DNA of 64,000 nt from Owenia fusiformis (lineage: Eukaryota): the NCBI GenBank assembly GCA_903813345.2, contig CAIIXF020000001.1:42346001-42410000 (forward strand), read 5' to 3'. Position numbers and translations under genes: made by a program. How positions within the stretch are numbered: the first letter of the stretch is position 1; the number at the start of each line of letters is the position of its first letter. Below the pieces are notes generated by a model. It had not been told where the DNA came from and made no database searches. It saw only the letters and a list, made by a program, of their open reading frames with translations. Below, piece after piece: positions 37,441 to 52,692 of this stretch.

Positions 37441-40400
37441 TATATTAAGAGGCTGCCAATAGCTTGGAATTTTATTTTTCAGTTCAAAGAAGCTTTGATT
37501 AACCATCTTGTGTCTCAGTACGCAAAAACATATCTGCCATTTTAGTATTGCAAGTAATAACGATTGTTCAAAGGACCTACTGTATATAAGAATACTTTCA
37601 AAAATTGGCTGGCTTTAGACGATTGCCTTTTATTAAAATGTGGTCAAAATATTTAATGACAAGCAGGAAATGGCACTTGTAACTGTTTCACCAAGCGACA
37701 GTTGTGTCATTTAAGCTATGAAAAAATATGTTCTGATGTCCGATAATAGGATTTTCTTACCTATATTTTAGCCATATCCGGGCTCTCAGGTTGTAATGTT
37801 CTATTTATTTCAAAAACAATGTGTATTGTATTGTCAGTTTGTTAAACAGAATGCCTGAGAAGAAAAAAATCATGCAGGGAGGAATATATTATGTTGTCAT
37901 AGACTTGAGAGCAATGGATCGAAATCGTCAGTTGGAATCGACGTCTCACCATCTTCTAGTAAACCTATATTCTCTGAGACGAATTACCTTATGAACAATC
38001 GTCTAAATAATTCAACTAAAAACGCTGTAAAAGTATTAATATGTCTTTCACAAGATTTGTTATTATTAATACTGAATCTACCGTTTACAAAAAGATTATA
38101 TTAATATTTACTTCCAACACGAAATAGATTTGTTCAATTCATAACAAGCAGTTCTAGGGTGTATCACAAAGTAGTTCTGCATGTCGTGATTTTTGAGTTG
38201 GGAACCGCTACTGGCCAAACTGCATGCCCTAATTCACGTCACCATACTAGTCAATGGGTAAAAGGGCAAACGCCTAACTTTTTATCTCGAGTTATGGATT
38301 TATATGGCCTCACTGGCCTATCTGAGGTTCTTAACCTATGTCTAAGCTACATTTTGACACTAAACTCAATAGGGGCTAAACATCTACTTTTTGAAATAAT
38401 TGGTCAATTGTGACACTACCCCCTCTCTCTGCCGACAGTAATTGAAATTCACAAAAATGAAGGCAAAATTAATACGCCACTTGATTCGAAATTTTCCTTC
38501 ATATAACCCAAACTGTGCCTACATACTAGCTTACTGACTCGTCATGATCACAATTGTGTTGGGACTACATTCATTTTTGAAAACTACTTTTTTCTCAGCG
38601 GAAGTGACGTATTAGGGCATTTGGGTCACCTTTGTTTCGTGGTATGAGGAAAGTAGTTCTATTATAAACCTGTTTGGGGGCTTCAATGGTATACTACAGC
38701 ACCATCTTTGGATAGAATACTCTAATTTGCAGATGAAAAATGCCCAGAACAACTGGAAAATCTGTGGTGATAACAGTGATCGGCGGTAAAATATTTGGGA
38801 TTATTTTCTGCGGATGGATGCGCTTGATAGTGGTGAATTGGTCAATGTGATGATAAACATGACGACATTTTGGTACTCCAACTATGTAAGAGAGCAGAAC
38901 TTTTAATTTTCGTGTGATATATTTTTGAATTCTTTTGACATGATAATAAGATGTTTCGCTGCATTTCTCTGAAATACTTTGAAAATCGATGGGCTGCGAT
39001 TTGAGAAATTCTAATTTGAACTTTGTCAATTCAACATGCATCCCAATGGTACAAAAAGGAGAGTTCTACCTCTGGGTCTTGACTTTTTCATCGAACAGAT
39101 ATCTGATATGGTACTCACTGTTCCAGGCTTTGCAAAATTATGCATCCACGCTCGTAAAGACCAAACACAGGGGCTATTTGTAATTAAGGAGGACACAAAG
39201 GGGAGTTGTAAGGGACACTATCTAAATCTCTTTAGTCGTTAACTTATCGTTCAGCAAATAATAGAAACGCTGTCAGCATAATGATCAGCACGTTCATTAT
39301 CATGGGATAATCGAGTCGAGTAGTTTTTGCACATTTCAGAAGCCCTTCATTATTTCTAAAAAGTAGATAAAGGAAGCAATAGATACCCTCAATTCGTTGT
39401 ATTAAGTAATGTAAAGTATCACAGCACAGAATTATCGAATTAGTATGGTCCCAAAACAATCAAATGATAATGGGTTAAACCATTTAAATCTTTTCTATAA
39501 GTGCGCAGTAAATCATTGACTACGATACTCTCATACGAAGTAATTAGTGACTTTTACTAGTCCCATTGACCTTTCAATAATTCGGTGCCTATAGCTATTT
39601 TAAAGAAAGTGATTACATATTGAACTTTTCTTAGAGCTTGTGGGACAATTTACGATAATTTATATTTTAAAAAACTGTTGTTGTACTCGAGACTGCGACA
39701 TATATGTTGATTTCATGGACATGCAATGTGTTATTTTTTGTTGACGAGACTTTAAGCAATCGTAACCATAACGTACTTGTTTGGAATATTGCTTATCTTT
39801 TTAAAAAAATATCATTTTAATGATGGATTTTAGACAATTAAGATTTTTTTTATATTTTAGGCAAATATAAACTCGGATTTACGAAAGCTAATTACTCCGA
39901 GCTTTTCTACGACCTATTACGACCCCGACGCTTTAATCAAGCTTTGTTACGCTTTGGTGCCGCTTTACAAGTAGCTTTAAAGCGCCATGCTTTGGTGCCG
40001 CTTTGCTAGCCGATTCATTCATTGAAATTATTTTCTTTATGTGGAACAGTATCGCAATTAAAGACGTCGAGACATCTATTGGACCAAATGAACTACAGAC
40101 TATATAAGGCACATATGAACAGGGTGGGCAAAAAACGTCCACATTTTTGTTTATGCTACAACGTTGTTGATATTACAGACAAATGTATAAACCATATATC
40201 AATGGAAAGATAATTCAATTTCAAACAAAATGATATATAATTCATATCACATAATGGAGTATTCGTCTTGAAATATCATTTCGATTACCACAGGGGTCTA
40301 AATCTTGATTTACCAATTGCTGAATACAGAATGGCATGAACTGACCAGACAGATAAACCCCATATGTTGGCATAGGGGATATAATTTCAATTATTCCAAA

Positions 40401-40571
40401 TTGTTAATTTATGTATCAGATAAAAGAAAATTGATTTACAAATGCAATGTTATTGAGTTCTTAAACCATATTGATAGGTCAGCCTAAATAATGTAGCGAA
40501 GTTTGTATGAAATAGCTGGAAACTCATTTCCAAGACATCTTTTTAAAATTAAAATCAATGTAATATATTTA

Positions 40572-40700
40572 CAATATCTAAGCACAAGTGCCAAAGGGAA
40601 AGGACCAAAAGTTGTAATGGAACTTAGCAAAAAAGCAAACTCTGTGTGCATACCAGTCAAGAAAAACAAACCCCATATATCCCAAAACCATGATCTAACG
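40572..40700 (-). repeat. Dispersed ~200-bp repeat, copy 3 (partial)
   Basis: ATATCTAAGCACAAGTGCCAAAGGGAAAGGA...AAACCCCATATATCCCAAAACCATGATCTAAC is the reverse complement of 62293-62422. Confidence 0.8.
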
Positions 40701-42214
40701 TGTTGTTTTAAGATGAGCTAACAAGTTGTAGTGGCTATGACCCCAAGAAGGAGTATTAGGTGCCACATAGTGGTATTTTGGACACAATGCCTGTTTAAAG
40801 ATAAAAATATCAGGAAATGGGCAATAATGATCTAGTTCTTATATACAAAATTGACTTATCAGACATTTTGAATGTTAGACAATGTAATTATAGACACCAG
40901 AAGAGGAACTAATATTAATAGAAATTTATTCAATTTTATGGGCTATGGCAAAATTTCAATTGAGTTTCTTTGCAAAATGTGTTTGAAGCAAATATCAATG
41001 TATTCATCAATCAAACTCAACTCCAATACTTTTTCTTTAAATGTAAAAGCCTTAAATTGTTGATTTACTAAGCAATGTGATATTATGCAATAAGCCCAAA
41101 ACATATAGCAAAATCTTGTTTTTGACTACTTCTACCTTCATGATACGGAAACTATTATGAAGTCGCTAATTTAGTCATTTATATTTTATGAATCATGCAT
41201 TATCTTGTTGGGAATTGAATTATCTTTCTAATGATATTTGATTTATGGATATTCCCAACATATCAGCAAAGATATTACAAAAATAAAAATATGGACGCTT
41301 TTTGGCCCACTCTGTACATTGACCATCGGTTCAATATCGTATTTTTGAGGTGTATTATTATGAAGTAAGACATCGTAGGTCCCATATCGAACAAAATATG
41401 GCGACAAGTGGAAAATCTGCGATATTTAGGAAAACATATGAACATGCCTGCCAACGATGAATGAATAAAACTTTCCTCGTGAAGGAGACGAATCATCATG
41501 AAATCTGCTCGGGTTGTCAGTGGACCCTCCTCATGCTTTTTTATATTGTATTTCTTTATTTCAAATCATAACAATAATCACAAATGCATTAGCGGCTTTG
41601 TAAGGTACATTATAAGCCACTTTTAAGATATCGATTCACAAAGCAAGGTCTGCAAATGATCTGATAGTAATGGTACACAATTGTAATAGATCACTAGACT
41701 GCCTGGGGTCCCTCAACACAGTTCCTGATAAACACTGCACCCAACTTCTAAATATCAATGTTTTGCTCTGGTCATAAAGAGTAAATTTAAGTTTTTCCTG
41801 TCTTTTCTTACATGAATTTCTGTATCAAATATTAAGATCATTAAATTGTTCAAAGTAATAAAATAATTTTGCTGAATGTGACAGGAGCATTTAACAACAG
41901 AACAGTAGATGAACACTACCTTGTTTGTTAAATAGACCTGTTCTGTAAGTATTGCTGGAGTATTAAAACAGTAAACATTGTATTTATGGTACAAGATCCT
42001 CGTCGTCAAAAGTATCATTTTGTTCAAAACGATGAAGAAATTGTGAATCTTTGTATGGTGAAACTAAATTATATTGCAATTTACTTTTTCCGCCAGAGCA
42101 AGTTGAAGTTGAGTTGAGTAAAAATGAGGGTAGATCCCCTCCCTCGAATTATTAGAGGGGGAGGGCACTCCACATGTAGAAGTTCCTTATATGTATGCCT
42201 AAGATGCTCAATCA

Positions 42215-43185
42215 ATATAAAGTTTACATTTTTTAGCCAATTTGCAAGATATTTGTAATCTATATGATTTTTAGTCTTTAACTACCACCCAATTCAATTG
42301 TGACTATGTCTAATTTGAAGAGTATTCGCTCATAACTTATTTGTAGCCAATAAAAAATCCGTCAACAAGAATAGGGGGTCATTTTGAAAAAATATCTTAC
42401 GAGTACATTTTTTTGCAAACTCTTTTTTATTATGAAAAAGCTGGTAAATTGATTGAAAGTTCACTTTTTATCAAACGTTTATTTTAGCCTTTTACTACCC
42501 CCGCCCCATTCAATTTAAGTATACCTAATTTCAAAGGTATTCTCTCATAACCTTTTTGCAGTTTATGGACACATATGAAAAAAATGCACAACATTACTTC
42601 TTTTTAATCATGACTAAAATGGTTGGTTAACATATAGTATGCTACCTTTTGCAGGTTACTTGGAATTCATCTCTTAGGTATTATATCATAGATCCAGAAA
42701 GTATGATAGTGATGTACCCAACTGATGTGGAGAAAAAAATCACAACCCCAACCCTTCTTCAACAAAGGGGTGGGGGTCAATATGAAAAATAGATTTAGTA
42801 GATCCATTATTTGTGCAAATTCTTTTTATCATACCCAAGATGATCAGTTAATATAAAGTTCCCTATTTACTTGACATATTGTAAGATATTTTCCATTTAT
42901 TTATTTTATTTATCATAAAAGATATAAAACATGCAACATGTCATAATCTAAGACACCACAATGGCATATAAAAGTTGTAGCATGTGCTAGAAAAAAGTCT
43001 TCTAAATAAAAAAAATGTAAGACTAGAGTCCATATGTCGCAAGATGCAAGTAAAATTAATTCACTTAATTAAGTAGAATTAAGTATATTGGACTTGAAGC
43101 TACATACAAGGTTTTAAGAGTTCAGATTTTGAATTGCTTTTTTTATTTTCAGCCTTTTACTATCACCTCCCTCCAATTCAATGTT
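42215..43185 (+). repeat. Degenerate tandem units, probably a HINE-like core
   Basis: Recurrent ATATAAAGTT, TTTAGCCTTTTACTACC, ATTCAAT, GTATTCKCTCATAAC and GGGGGTCA..TGAAAAATA blocks. Confidence 0.45.
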
Positions 43186-43922
43186 AAGTTTTTGTTGTAG
43201 TAGTCTATAGCTCATCGAACCCAATGAAAAGATTCAACAACATTGCAACATCGCTTGCCACCCACTCTTGCTTCATAGCTTACTGCTTAAATACATTTTT
43301 TCTCGATTATAAATGTGTCTTTTTTAGGACTTATGGAGGCATATTAGAGCTCTCTTCCTGATATTTTTCATCTATAAATATTAAAAGATCTTAGAATTAT
43401 GACAAAATATCTTCAAAATCCGTATTACCAACATTGTGAATTACTGAACATTAAATAATTAAATTATTGATTTGGGAAAGTAATATGATAAAAAAAAAAA
43501 AACCTAAAACTACTTTCTTATATATTTACTACTTTAATCAACTTATTTTATCACAAGACAAAATCGTATGGAATAAATTGTAATAAGATGGTTATTAAGC
43601 TTGTTATTATGGTCTTACTAGTGGTTATTATTGAGTAATGGTACAGGTATCCGATATGGTATTGCAGCTTACACTTAAGTAATGGTACACGTATCCTTGG
43701 ATTTTAGGCCCGAATACCGAGGTTTATTTTTTTGATTATCGTGTATTATTATTTTGTGTTAATATTAGTTAACCATCTAACTATTGGCTACCATTTGCAT
43801 TCGTTTGACTTCACTTCTTAAAATAGAGCTTCGTCTTCGTCTTGTAGTTTAACTACATGTAGACTCTGCACGCAGGGTAACTATTGGCATGATATTGATA
43901 ACCTTGTTATATTAATATAGCG

Positions 43923-44163
43923 CATAGGCGTAGCCAGGGGGATGCGATGGGATGCGGTCGCACCCCCCCCCCCCCTCCATAACCAATGAAAATAGAACCA
44001 TTAGATAGAAGAGAAAAGTCTTAAAATGCTTTTTTTGAAGCTTCTAGCTCGATTTTGAACGAAGTTGCACCAATTTTTGTAAAATTCAAAACAAATCTTC
44101 AAAAACATTTTTAATGCCACGATCGCACCCCTTCCCCCCGACTGAAAGCTGGCTACGCCACTG
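43923..44163. mobile_element. MITE with G-run/C-run subtermini and probable 5-bp TSD
   Basis: CATAGGCGTAGCCAG / CTGGCTACGCCACTG; flanks TAGCG and TAACG; a partial copy starts at 47216. Confidence 0.75.
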
Positions 44164-45312
44164 TAACGTGTAATCAATACGCTACATTTTGTATGTTCAA
44201 TTTGTATACTAAAAACTGTTATTAATCCACAGATTTAGATGAAGACAAGATAAAAATCCGAATCAAGAATGAAAAGGTGTCTAAGTATATAAATCTTAAG
44301 GGTAATGCATATTTGAATTAAACAGAGGCGGGTTAATTTATATTGTACTATGAATTACGCTATTATTCAAAATTGCAGCTAAGATGCCTGTTTTATGATA
44401 CCCTGCGTGCAGAGTCTAGTTAAACTACGTATACACTAAGACGAAGCTCTCTTTTAAAAGAAGTGAAGTCAAACGAATGCAAAGGGTAGTTTTATGAAAA
44501 ATATCACGAAAGATGTATTCTAGATATCAGTAGTATTCTCAGAAATTTATTATCCGAAACGGATAACATCTGGCCACTCAGACAAACAATCGCAGACATA
44601 GGCTAAGCTTGTTTATTTAACAGTTAGATTTGTTGACTTACCGATCCGTATTTCAATCTCCGGGAAGACGTTCTTTTCACTTTGTATTTGCGTGCAGTGT
44701 AATATAAGTTGATACTTTTGTTCAAAAATGTACTTTTAATGGCCATTTTATGCCTTTTATTTTCAAATTATGTTTTGATGTAAGTGTGAAAAGTCAAGAA
44801 ACATCAACCCCGACTTTTAATTAAAAAATGTTGGTTAATCACTTATGGCAAATCACAAGGTTGATGATGTCAACGGACCATGATCGTGGAAGGCTATCAA
44901 TATCAGGTGTATATCGGATAGAAAATAAATATAGCTAATTTTTCGCACTGATATGATGATGACTATTCTGGCGAATCGGGTAGATATTTCTCAGTTTTTT
45001 CCGATAATAAAACTATTCATTTCTATCAATTTAACAAACGGGGTCCTTTGAATGCACATTAAAACTATAAAAGTATTTATTGGGCGTACATACTCGTTCT
45101 GTCATGTTACTTTCATTTCATTTGCAAGTTGTCCACATATTAATCCAGCGTTTTGTTTAATCAAATTTCCCGCCCCTTGAGGTTTCCGACTGTAAAACTT
45201 AATATTTAATACTAACCAATGCATTCAGAATACAAATTTTCCATTTTTATTTCTCTGATAGATAAAGTCTCATTTTGAATCTGTTCGTGTATTAAAGAGT
45301 ATGCGTTTATAA

Positions 45313-45452
45313 TGCCGTGGTCACATTTGCTCAGATTTTCAGCACCGGCGCCCGGCCGATGAGTATTTTGTTCAAAATTGTATTCAATTCTGAACAAGAT
45401 ACTCAATCGGCCGGGCGCCGTAATGAAAATCGGAGCAAATGTTATCAAGTCA
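45313..45452. mobile_element. Fold-back Harbinger-like MITE
   Basis: Near-complete palindrome (arms 45323-45380 and 45385-45442); TAA on both flanks. Confidence 0.75.
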
Positions 45453-45858
45453 TAACTGATGAAAAATCAAATGAGAACATGAACATGGATAATAGGGGCA
45501 CTATTACGCTGCGTGCAGAGTCTAATTATAAACTACGAGAAGACGAAACTCTCATTTAAGAAGTGAAGTCGAACAAATGCAAAGGGTAGGGTACTATAGA
45601 AGGGGATCATATAAAAGCACGATCTATTTTACAACGCCTTTAAGTTTTGTTGCCCTTTGTGCATTTCAAAAATAAAATATCTTAATCTGATTTGTTCCAC
45701 CTTTCTTTTCGCTCAGTTCTGCAATATTATGTCCATATGTTGTTTAGGATTATGTCATTTGCGAAATAGCTGTAAGACATTATGAGAATGAATATGGGAG
45801 ATTCCACGATAATGTTGTTCACATGATTTTATGCACATACCTGCACAACAATCGCAGA

Positions 45859-46534
45859 CAGAAGTCTTAATATTGTCCAATAAAAAATAAGAATCTAACA
45901 TTTAATGATAACAAAAGGATTAATTGCTTAGTTCTCTTTGTTTTAGTCTTTGTTTTCTTAAATGCGGAAGTGTACCAACATCACCTAGATTACATAAGAG
46001 ATCATCTAACAGTCTAAAATTGCTTTTAATTGCAAGTTAATGCATTCCGACCAAAATTTGTATACCTGTAATTTGGGGGGGGGGGGCGATGTTACATCAC
46101 ATAACTACAACGTTCATATAGAAATATACAATAAGCATGTCCGTATAAAGCTAAAATTATAAAAACTCATTTCAAAGTCATTCTGTTCATGGAAGCGTCA
46201 AGTTATGAAAAACAATGCTAAACACTCAAACAAATCGACTTGATTACCTTTGAAAACTTCTTGAGAGGAAATGGACAAATGTATTTTTCTAACTCATTAG
46301 AGCGTCTGTCTGATTGAAATACTATTTTTTAAATACAAACATAAATGATTTAATCTTGGTCAGAAGTCTGAACATTGTCCAACAAAATAATAAGAATCTA
46401 ACATTTAATGATTACAAAAGCATTAATTGCTATATAGTCTTTGTCTTAGTCTTTGTTTTTCTAACGGCGGAAGTGTACCAACATCACCTTGATTACAGAA
46501 GAGATCATCTAACAGTCTAAAATTGCTTTTAATT
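45859..46534 (+). repeat. ~175-bp direct repeat pair (45859-46031, 46361-46534)
   Basis: CAGAAGTCT...ATAAGAATCTAACATTTAATGAT...GCGGAAGTGTACCAACATCACCT...AGAGATCATCTAACAGTCTAAAATTGCTTTTAATT occurs twice. Confidence 0.85.
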
Positions 46535-48169
46535 CCCGGGTTTTAATTACATTTTATGTATAGACTTTTTGCCTCTATTCTCATTTTTAAACCTGTTTCT
46601 GTTTGCTTATTTAACAATTGTGATAAATTATTCAGTTAGTGTCGAAATCAAAACAATTTTCTACTTTATAGTCCCCTCCTCTTGCACTGACTAAATATTA
46701 AAATAAGCCAGTCTGATTGCGAATTTACAAATCCTGTAAAAGTAGCTCCAAACCGCCTTTTAATCAGAGAAAACAATAAGTTAATTCATCTGATTGCGAA
46801 AATACGAATTAATCTGATTATCTGATCCCCATGCTATTTGATTCGTGCATTATCTACAAGTCAGTCGGGCAAGGGTGAAATTATTTCATTTGAAAACAGA
46901 AATAAATATCAGAACCCCTCTAGCATAACTATTCGGAAGAAATTCATAAAAAAATAAGGTACACAACTGATGAAGGGTCGCACACAATGCACGCACCCCT
47001 GTCCTCCTCCTCGGTGTTTGCCCACACACGACCATATTTGACAATTTTTCTAAAAGCGTTTTCCCCGGGAATATAGGTGTAGCGGTTGCCAGAAGTCGCA
47101 CAGCTTGGGAGTCAGGGTATCCTGATCAATGCCTCAACGCCTGACGGGTCTGATATTTAGAGGGGGCGCAAGAATTATTAGGGCGCGGGGTAAACGTGAA
47201 AGTTGCATAAATATCCATAGGCGTAGCCAGGAGGGGGGGGGGTGCGATTGGTGCGATAACAATAGGCTTTATATATGCTTTAATGTTTTATGTAGCATGA
47301 TGCTTTTATGTAGGCTATTAATTACAGTTCTTTTTGCAATATAAAACTGGTATGTTTATGCAAATTCCGATTGGACTAATATAAAGGGATATTGTTTCAT
47401 TATGTGGACTTGAGAAAGTCCGACATACTCATTGCTTTCAACCCAAAACTTAAAATAGGAAGTTATCAAGATTCCAAGAACACGATCGCTACTTAAACAA
47501 TACGTTTGTAAAATCCCGACGATCGAAATGCAATCAAACTTTCGCAATCAGGTGCCTAATTAGTCTTTTGATCTCTAAAGTTTTACGACTGAACGTTTCA
47601 ATGAACTCGTGAGAAGCAAACGCAATCATCATATAAACATTTTTGAAAAGTCAGTCTCGGAAGAATTTTCCAAGCATTCCCTGCTTCGATGCGTTTTTAT
47701 TGCAAGGGCCGTTTAGCGCCGATAATATAATCCATTATAGGGCATTAGGGTTGTGCTTTATTTGTTTTATTTATATAATGTTATAAATGTGTACGACACT
47801 TTAATGAATTATTTTTAGGGTTACAATGCATATTTGACTTTTCCCTCTAAACGTTTAAAATTCATCTTTATACTTTTCTTAGTTTGCTTCAATAAAATTT
47901 AACATTGGATCCCAGACAGTTATCAAATTCTCAGACATTTGATTAATATAGATATTTGTACTTCCGTTGACCAGTGGTGCTGGTGTGACTGAGATTCGAA
48001 TCTAATATGTTTCATTTTTATGTAAATTGAGAGGAATAAAATTTTATTTTAAGCGTTTTAACAATCTTAACGCTTGGCGTGCAGCTCAACTTAATACACA
48101 ATCAAAGGTCAGAATACAGAAATAAGAACATGCCTTTTATTTGTTATTCAAGCTCCAGCAATATCCCCG

Positions 48170-48446
48170 TAGGTACGAACATTTTCGGGACGGAATGCGT
48201 GACATATTAGTGATTCGCGTGAAAAGTCCGAACGAAATGCGTACGTTTTTTTTCGGCGTTCGTATTTTTGCTGTGTAGACGAACTTTTTTAGAAATTTTT
48301 CTACAGAAATTTTTTTGCTTGACAATTACCAGGTAAAATGCGTATTTGCGTGACATTTTCTGTCACGCAAAAATAACTGGCGTGACTTCAAATTCTTCAG
48401 CAAATGCATGACAAATACGCAAATTGCGGGACAGTTGACAGGCCTG
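48170..48446. mobile_element. One end of a hAT/P-like non-autonomous element
   Basis: Terminus GTTGACAGGCCTG preceded by repeated GCGTGAC/CGGGAC motifs; no partner end found. Confidence 0.4.
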
Positions 48447-51400
48447 ATGCCTGCATCTGGTTTTCCCACCTTTGGGAGGGAGCCAATATACACATAGATT
48501 ACTTACTGGCCATGGACGGGGGGGGGCACAGAAACGAACATTCTGGGGTCATAAGGGATACTTGGGGAAGAGGGAGGGGTGGTGATGAATAGTGAAGTCC
48601 GGGAGTGAAGTTAAGGGGTACTGAAATCTTTCTTTTGATATTTAGTGCTTGAATGGAGACTTGTTTCCACTCCCCGCATTCTAGTAGAATTTAAATATTT
48701 GATCCAAAGGAGTTATATTAAATCAAACTTGCATTCCGATTAATTAACACTCCAATGATTGTACCGCTTAACTTCACTATTGTCTAAGATAATTATAATG
48801 AATTCACGGGACACTATAGTATATAGTATATTTAAACTTTAGTGGTTGGATGGAGACTTGTTTCCCCACCCGGTACACTAGTAAATTTGTAAATTTTAAA
48901 TATTTGATTTAGGGAGGTATTTGCAATCCAACTCTGATGATGCAAGACTAGTCAACCAAGACTAAATTATGAACTTATTATCATTTAGACTATTGAGTTC
49001 ATTAAATTATAATTCCATAGATATCATATTTAATCCTGTCAACACAATAATGGTATTAATTGGCATGATATGTAGTCAGAGACGGTTTAAAAAGTTGTTT
49101 AGATTAATGATAGTATTAGGAAAAATCCTAACTCAAAGTTTTTGTTCTCTCGCAATCCAGAGCAAACCACTCGCCGGGCAAGCATTCTTTAAAAACGTGA
49201 AGTTTTCACCATGTTGAACAGTATTGAAAATTGTCCAATTTGAACCATCGCCTTGTATATTTCTGTAACTGCCCCCCCCCCCCCTTGACACTCGAGTGTA
49301 AGAATCCTTTCCACACTGTCAATGGTTTTACAAAATAGTTCATGTCAGGAAGGGGGAGGGGTGAGTGTAGAGAACAATCACTGACTGCGATTTGTATGAT
49401 TGAACATTATACACTTATCATAAATTCGTAAAGAATAGTTTTAAAATAAACAGCTTGTTTTATTTTATGATTGGAGTGATGTATGCATAGAAGAATGACA
49501 CTGGTTTTGAAATATCTTAATTATCCCATTGAATGAAGCCATCCGTCCCTCTGTCCATTCTTAACTCATACTGGTGGACTGATTTGATTTAAAGGAGAAG
49601 TCTCGGTGTAGAACGTGTACACACTAATGGGAACGAATTTTACTCATTTCTATTTAGGATTCGTTCATATACTAGCGGGGCTTTAGAGCATTTACAAACG
49701 CACGAATTGTATTGTTTTAAGGCAACTTTTATGACATATAATGTATTTAAAGCTGATTAATTTTAGATTATATTCGGTTCAATTTTACAAATAATGAATA
49801 GTATTACAGTATATCGAAAAATATACAATGATTTACATTAAATTGCGCAGACTGCAAGCAATGTACATGGTTGGCGAATTTGCATGCGCGTTCTTGATAA
49901 TAAGAATTAAAGGTTGAACTTAAAAATCAAACATTTTCTTTTTTAAACATAATAAATCTTTAAATCAAGAAAATAAAAATAAGATTGATGATTGAACTTT
50001 TCATAGTCAACTGCGACTGTGTCGACGCATGTTTATTTACTTAGCTAATTAGATATGTAAAATTGTTAATGGCCGCAACGGATAATACGTACATGTAAGC
50101 TGTTCGGATAAGACATTTCTATATGATTAATAACAAATGTTATTCAGCAGAATGTTATTCAGCAGTAACAGATCTTATTAGTTATTATTCAATTTGGATA
50201 ATAAATCTATTATCTCGTCGTATTGGTGTTTATTATATAGTGTTTCTCGTTGTGTATGTTGCTTTATTGAAACCTTCCTTGGAAGAACTTTTTTTGTTTT
50301 GACCCCCTGTTACTCCCTGGGGGTGGGTACAAATCATAATTTTCAGGGACAAAAAGTGACCGGCAAACTTGCTTGGGTGGATCTTCTTATTCCAAACAAT
50401 CAATACATTCATGAAATCATAATGACTTAATTCTTCATTGTTTCGAACAAAAAAGAAGAGCCCAGGCTACCATACCATTTTGGTCCATTTCCCTGGTTAT
50501 ACAAAGAATCAAGACACTGCTTGCATTTTCAGCGGGAATTCGCGATTTCAAAATTATCGTTGGGCTTTGCATCATACCCGTGCTGCTGTTTCTTCTTTAT
50601 CAATATAATAATAGCACGAAATATACATCATGTATATGCTAAATAAGTAAAATGCTACGGTATGGTAACTGACCATTGCAATAACAAAGCTATTCCAAAG
50701 AGCTGGCAAAAAGATTATGATTATTACTAAGCAAATTTCCCTTTAGGCGAATTGATATAAATGGAATGCAAAATATGTAGATGTGACACTTTAACCTATC
50801 TGTATTAATCATACTAATTTCGATCTGATTCAACCATTAATGTAAAAATCAAAGCCTAATTAATCATTGTGAGTTACCTATTCTAAAATAGTATCACCCT
50901 AGCTCATTTTTACTTCAGTTGAAAAATAACTCATATGAACATTTAATTATATTATTCCTCTCTGGGGCTTATCTAGTCATTTTACATTTCATGGGATATG
51001 AACATTTCCAATTCTTCATGTTTTCACATTGTAAGAAGCAGCAATGGTGTCATATTCTGACTTGATAAATTGAAATTGCACCTCTTACTTATACCTCAGT
51101 CATATTTGTTAGGTATCGAATTAAACAGGGATTTAAGTAATATTGAAAGAGATAATTTGTACAGTTCAAAATTCTTAATATTATGATAGGTCTTTATAAT
51201 TTTGTTTTAATGGTAACATTAAATCTTGTTTATATCGAGAGTTTCCATCATTCGTTCATTACAGTGATTAATTACTAGGCAAGTAGCTGTGCTGGTCAAC
51301 CTTCCTTTCGCTTAGTCTTCAGTTACCATGTTGGGGATACACCGTTTCTTTACAGGCTAACTCCTCCCCCGACCCATTTCCCCGCCTATGTATATATAGA

Positions 51401-52692
51401 ATTCCGCCAAGTATGAATATAATTATCACGCCCGGTGATCGTGAAAATGGGACGGAGGGGGGGGGAGCAAGCAATTTCTGGTAGAAAAATGAACAAATCT
51501 GCAAAAATTATTTTTCAAGAAAAGGGTTATGATTCAATTGCTAAACGAATAGGCGCACGGTATGGTAAAATATGTCACGTATTCTACGAATTCTTTTTTA
51601 GCCGATTCTCTTCTTAGGTATAAGATCTATTAAAAAAGGCGCAACGCCACCAACGTGCAAAAGTCAATGTTTTTGCTTTAAATCAAGCATCAACGGTCTA
51701 CAAAACCTGCAATAAATATTTGTAAGTGACATTATCATCATAAAATTAATGACCTTAATGACTTTACAAAATATTTTCCATACGTTGTATAAAAAATAAT
51801 CGAAAATAATTAAAATTGGACGGAGGGGGGGGGGGAGGGGACGGAGGGGGGAGCAACATGTCTATACGACATGATGAGAGATGTTACTTCACTTTATATC
51901 CAAATTTTCCCATTTTCTCCTCAATTACAATGTACGTAATGACGTAAATCAAGATTATTTTCACTCGCATCTAGTCTATTGTCCATTACTGCTCTTACAT
52001 TAAGCAGTTTTTAAACTCCTGCTTATGTTTAGAATAACTCAACTTGAGAACCTATGCTTATGTATCAATGATATCATTATACTAAAGAGAACACAATATT
52101 GAACAAAACAAAACATCGATAGGAAATACAATAATACACACTGTTTCAAAAGGGTGTATCTTAGTCATTTATCACAATTCAGAATGAAATTATGTTACGT
52201 GAAAGAAAATGGCCGGGGTTGAAAACAGTCATCACAAAGCGAGCTCAATCCATCATGATTATTATAACGGGGTATGAACTCTACACACTCTAATTCATTG
52301 AAGTATATTGCTTGTTTGACTATATTATTTGTTTAATTTACTTCATACAATAATGCAATATGGTACTTGTACCTGCCAATATGGTACCAATAATAAGCGT
52401 TTCATAAACAAAAAGATTATGAATATAGAAGTACATGCAACCAAAAGAAACGTTTAATAAATTCATATCTCTTGATTTAAAGAATCAAATCGAATTGTGA
52501 GGTGACATAACCAGACTAGAGATACCATGGAAACCAGGAGATCACCTAAAATTGGTTGTTGGCTGATATGGCATGACTAAATTCATTATTTCTCGTGATG
52601 TCTATCTACAAAATTGCTCATGGACATGTTTCAAGTCAACACATCGAGCGGGAAAAGAGGTTATGAGGATGCATATATATACTATATATAGT

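Larger units (their letters stand above)
43789..45588. repeat. Three copies of a ~90-bp element (43789-43879 minus; 44399-44488 and 45505-45588 plus)
   Basis: TACCCTGCGTGCAGAGTCTA...AAGACGAAGCTCT...AAGAAGTGAAGTCAAACGAATGCAAAGGGTA; each unit has TACCCT/AGGGTA-like ends. Confidence 0.8.
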
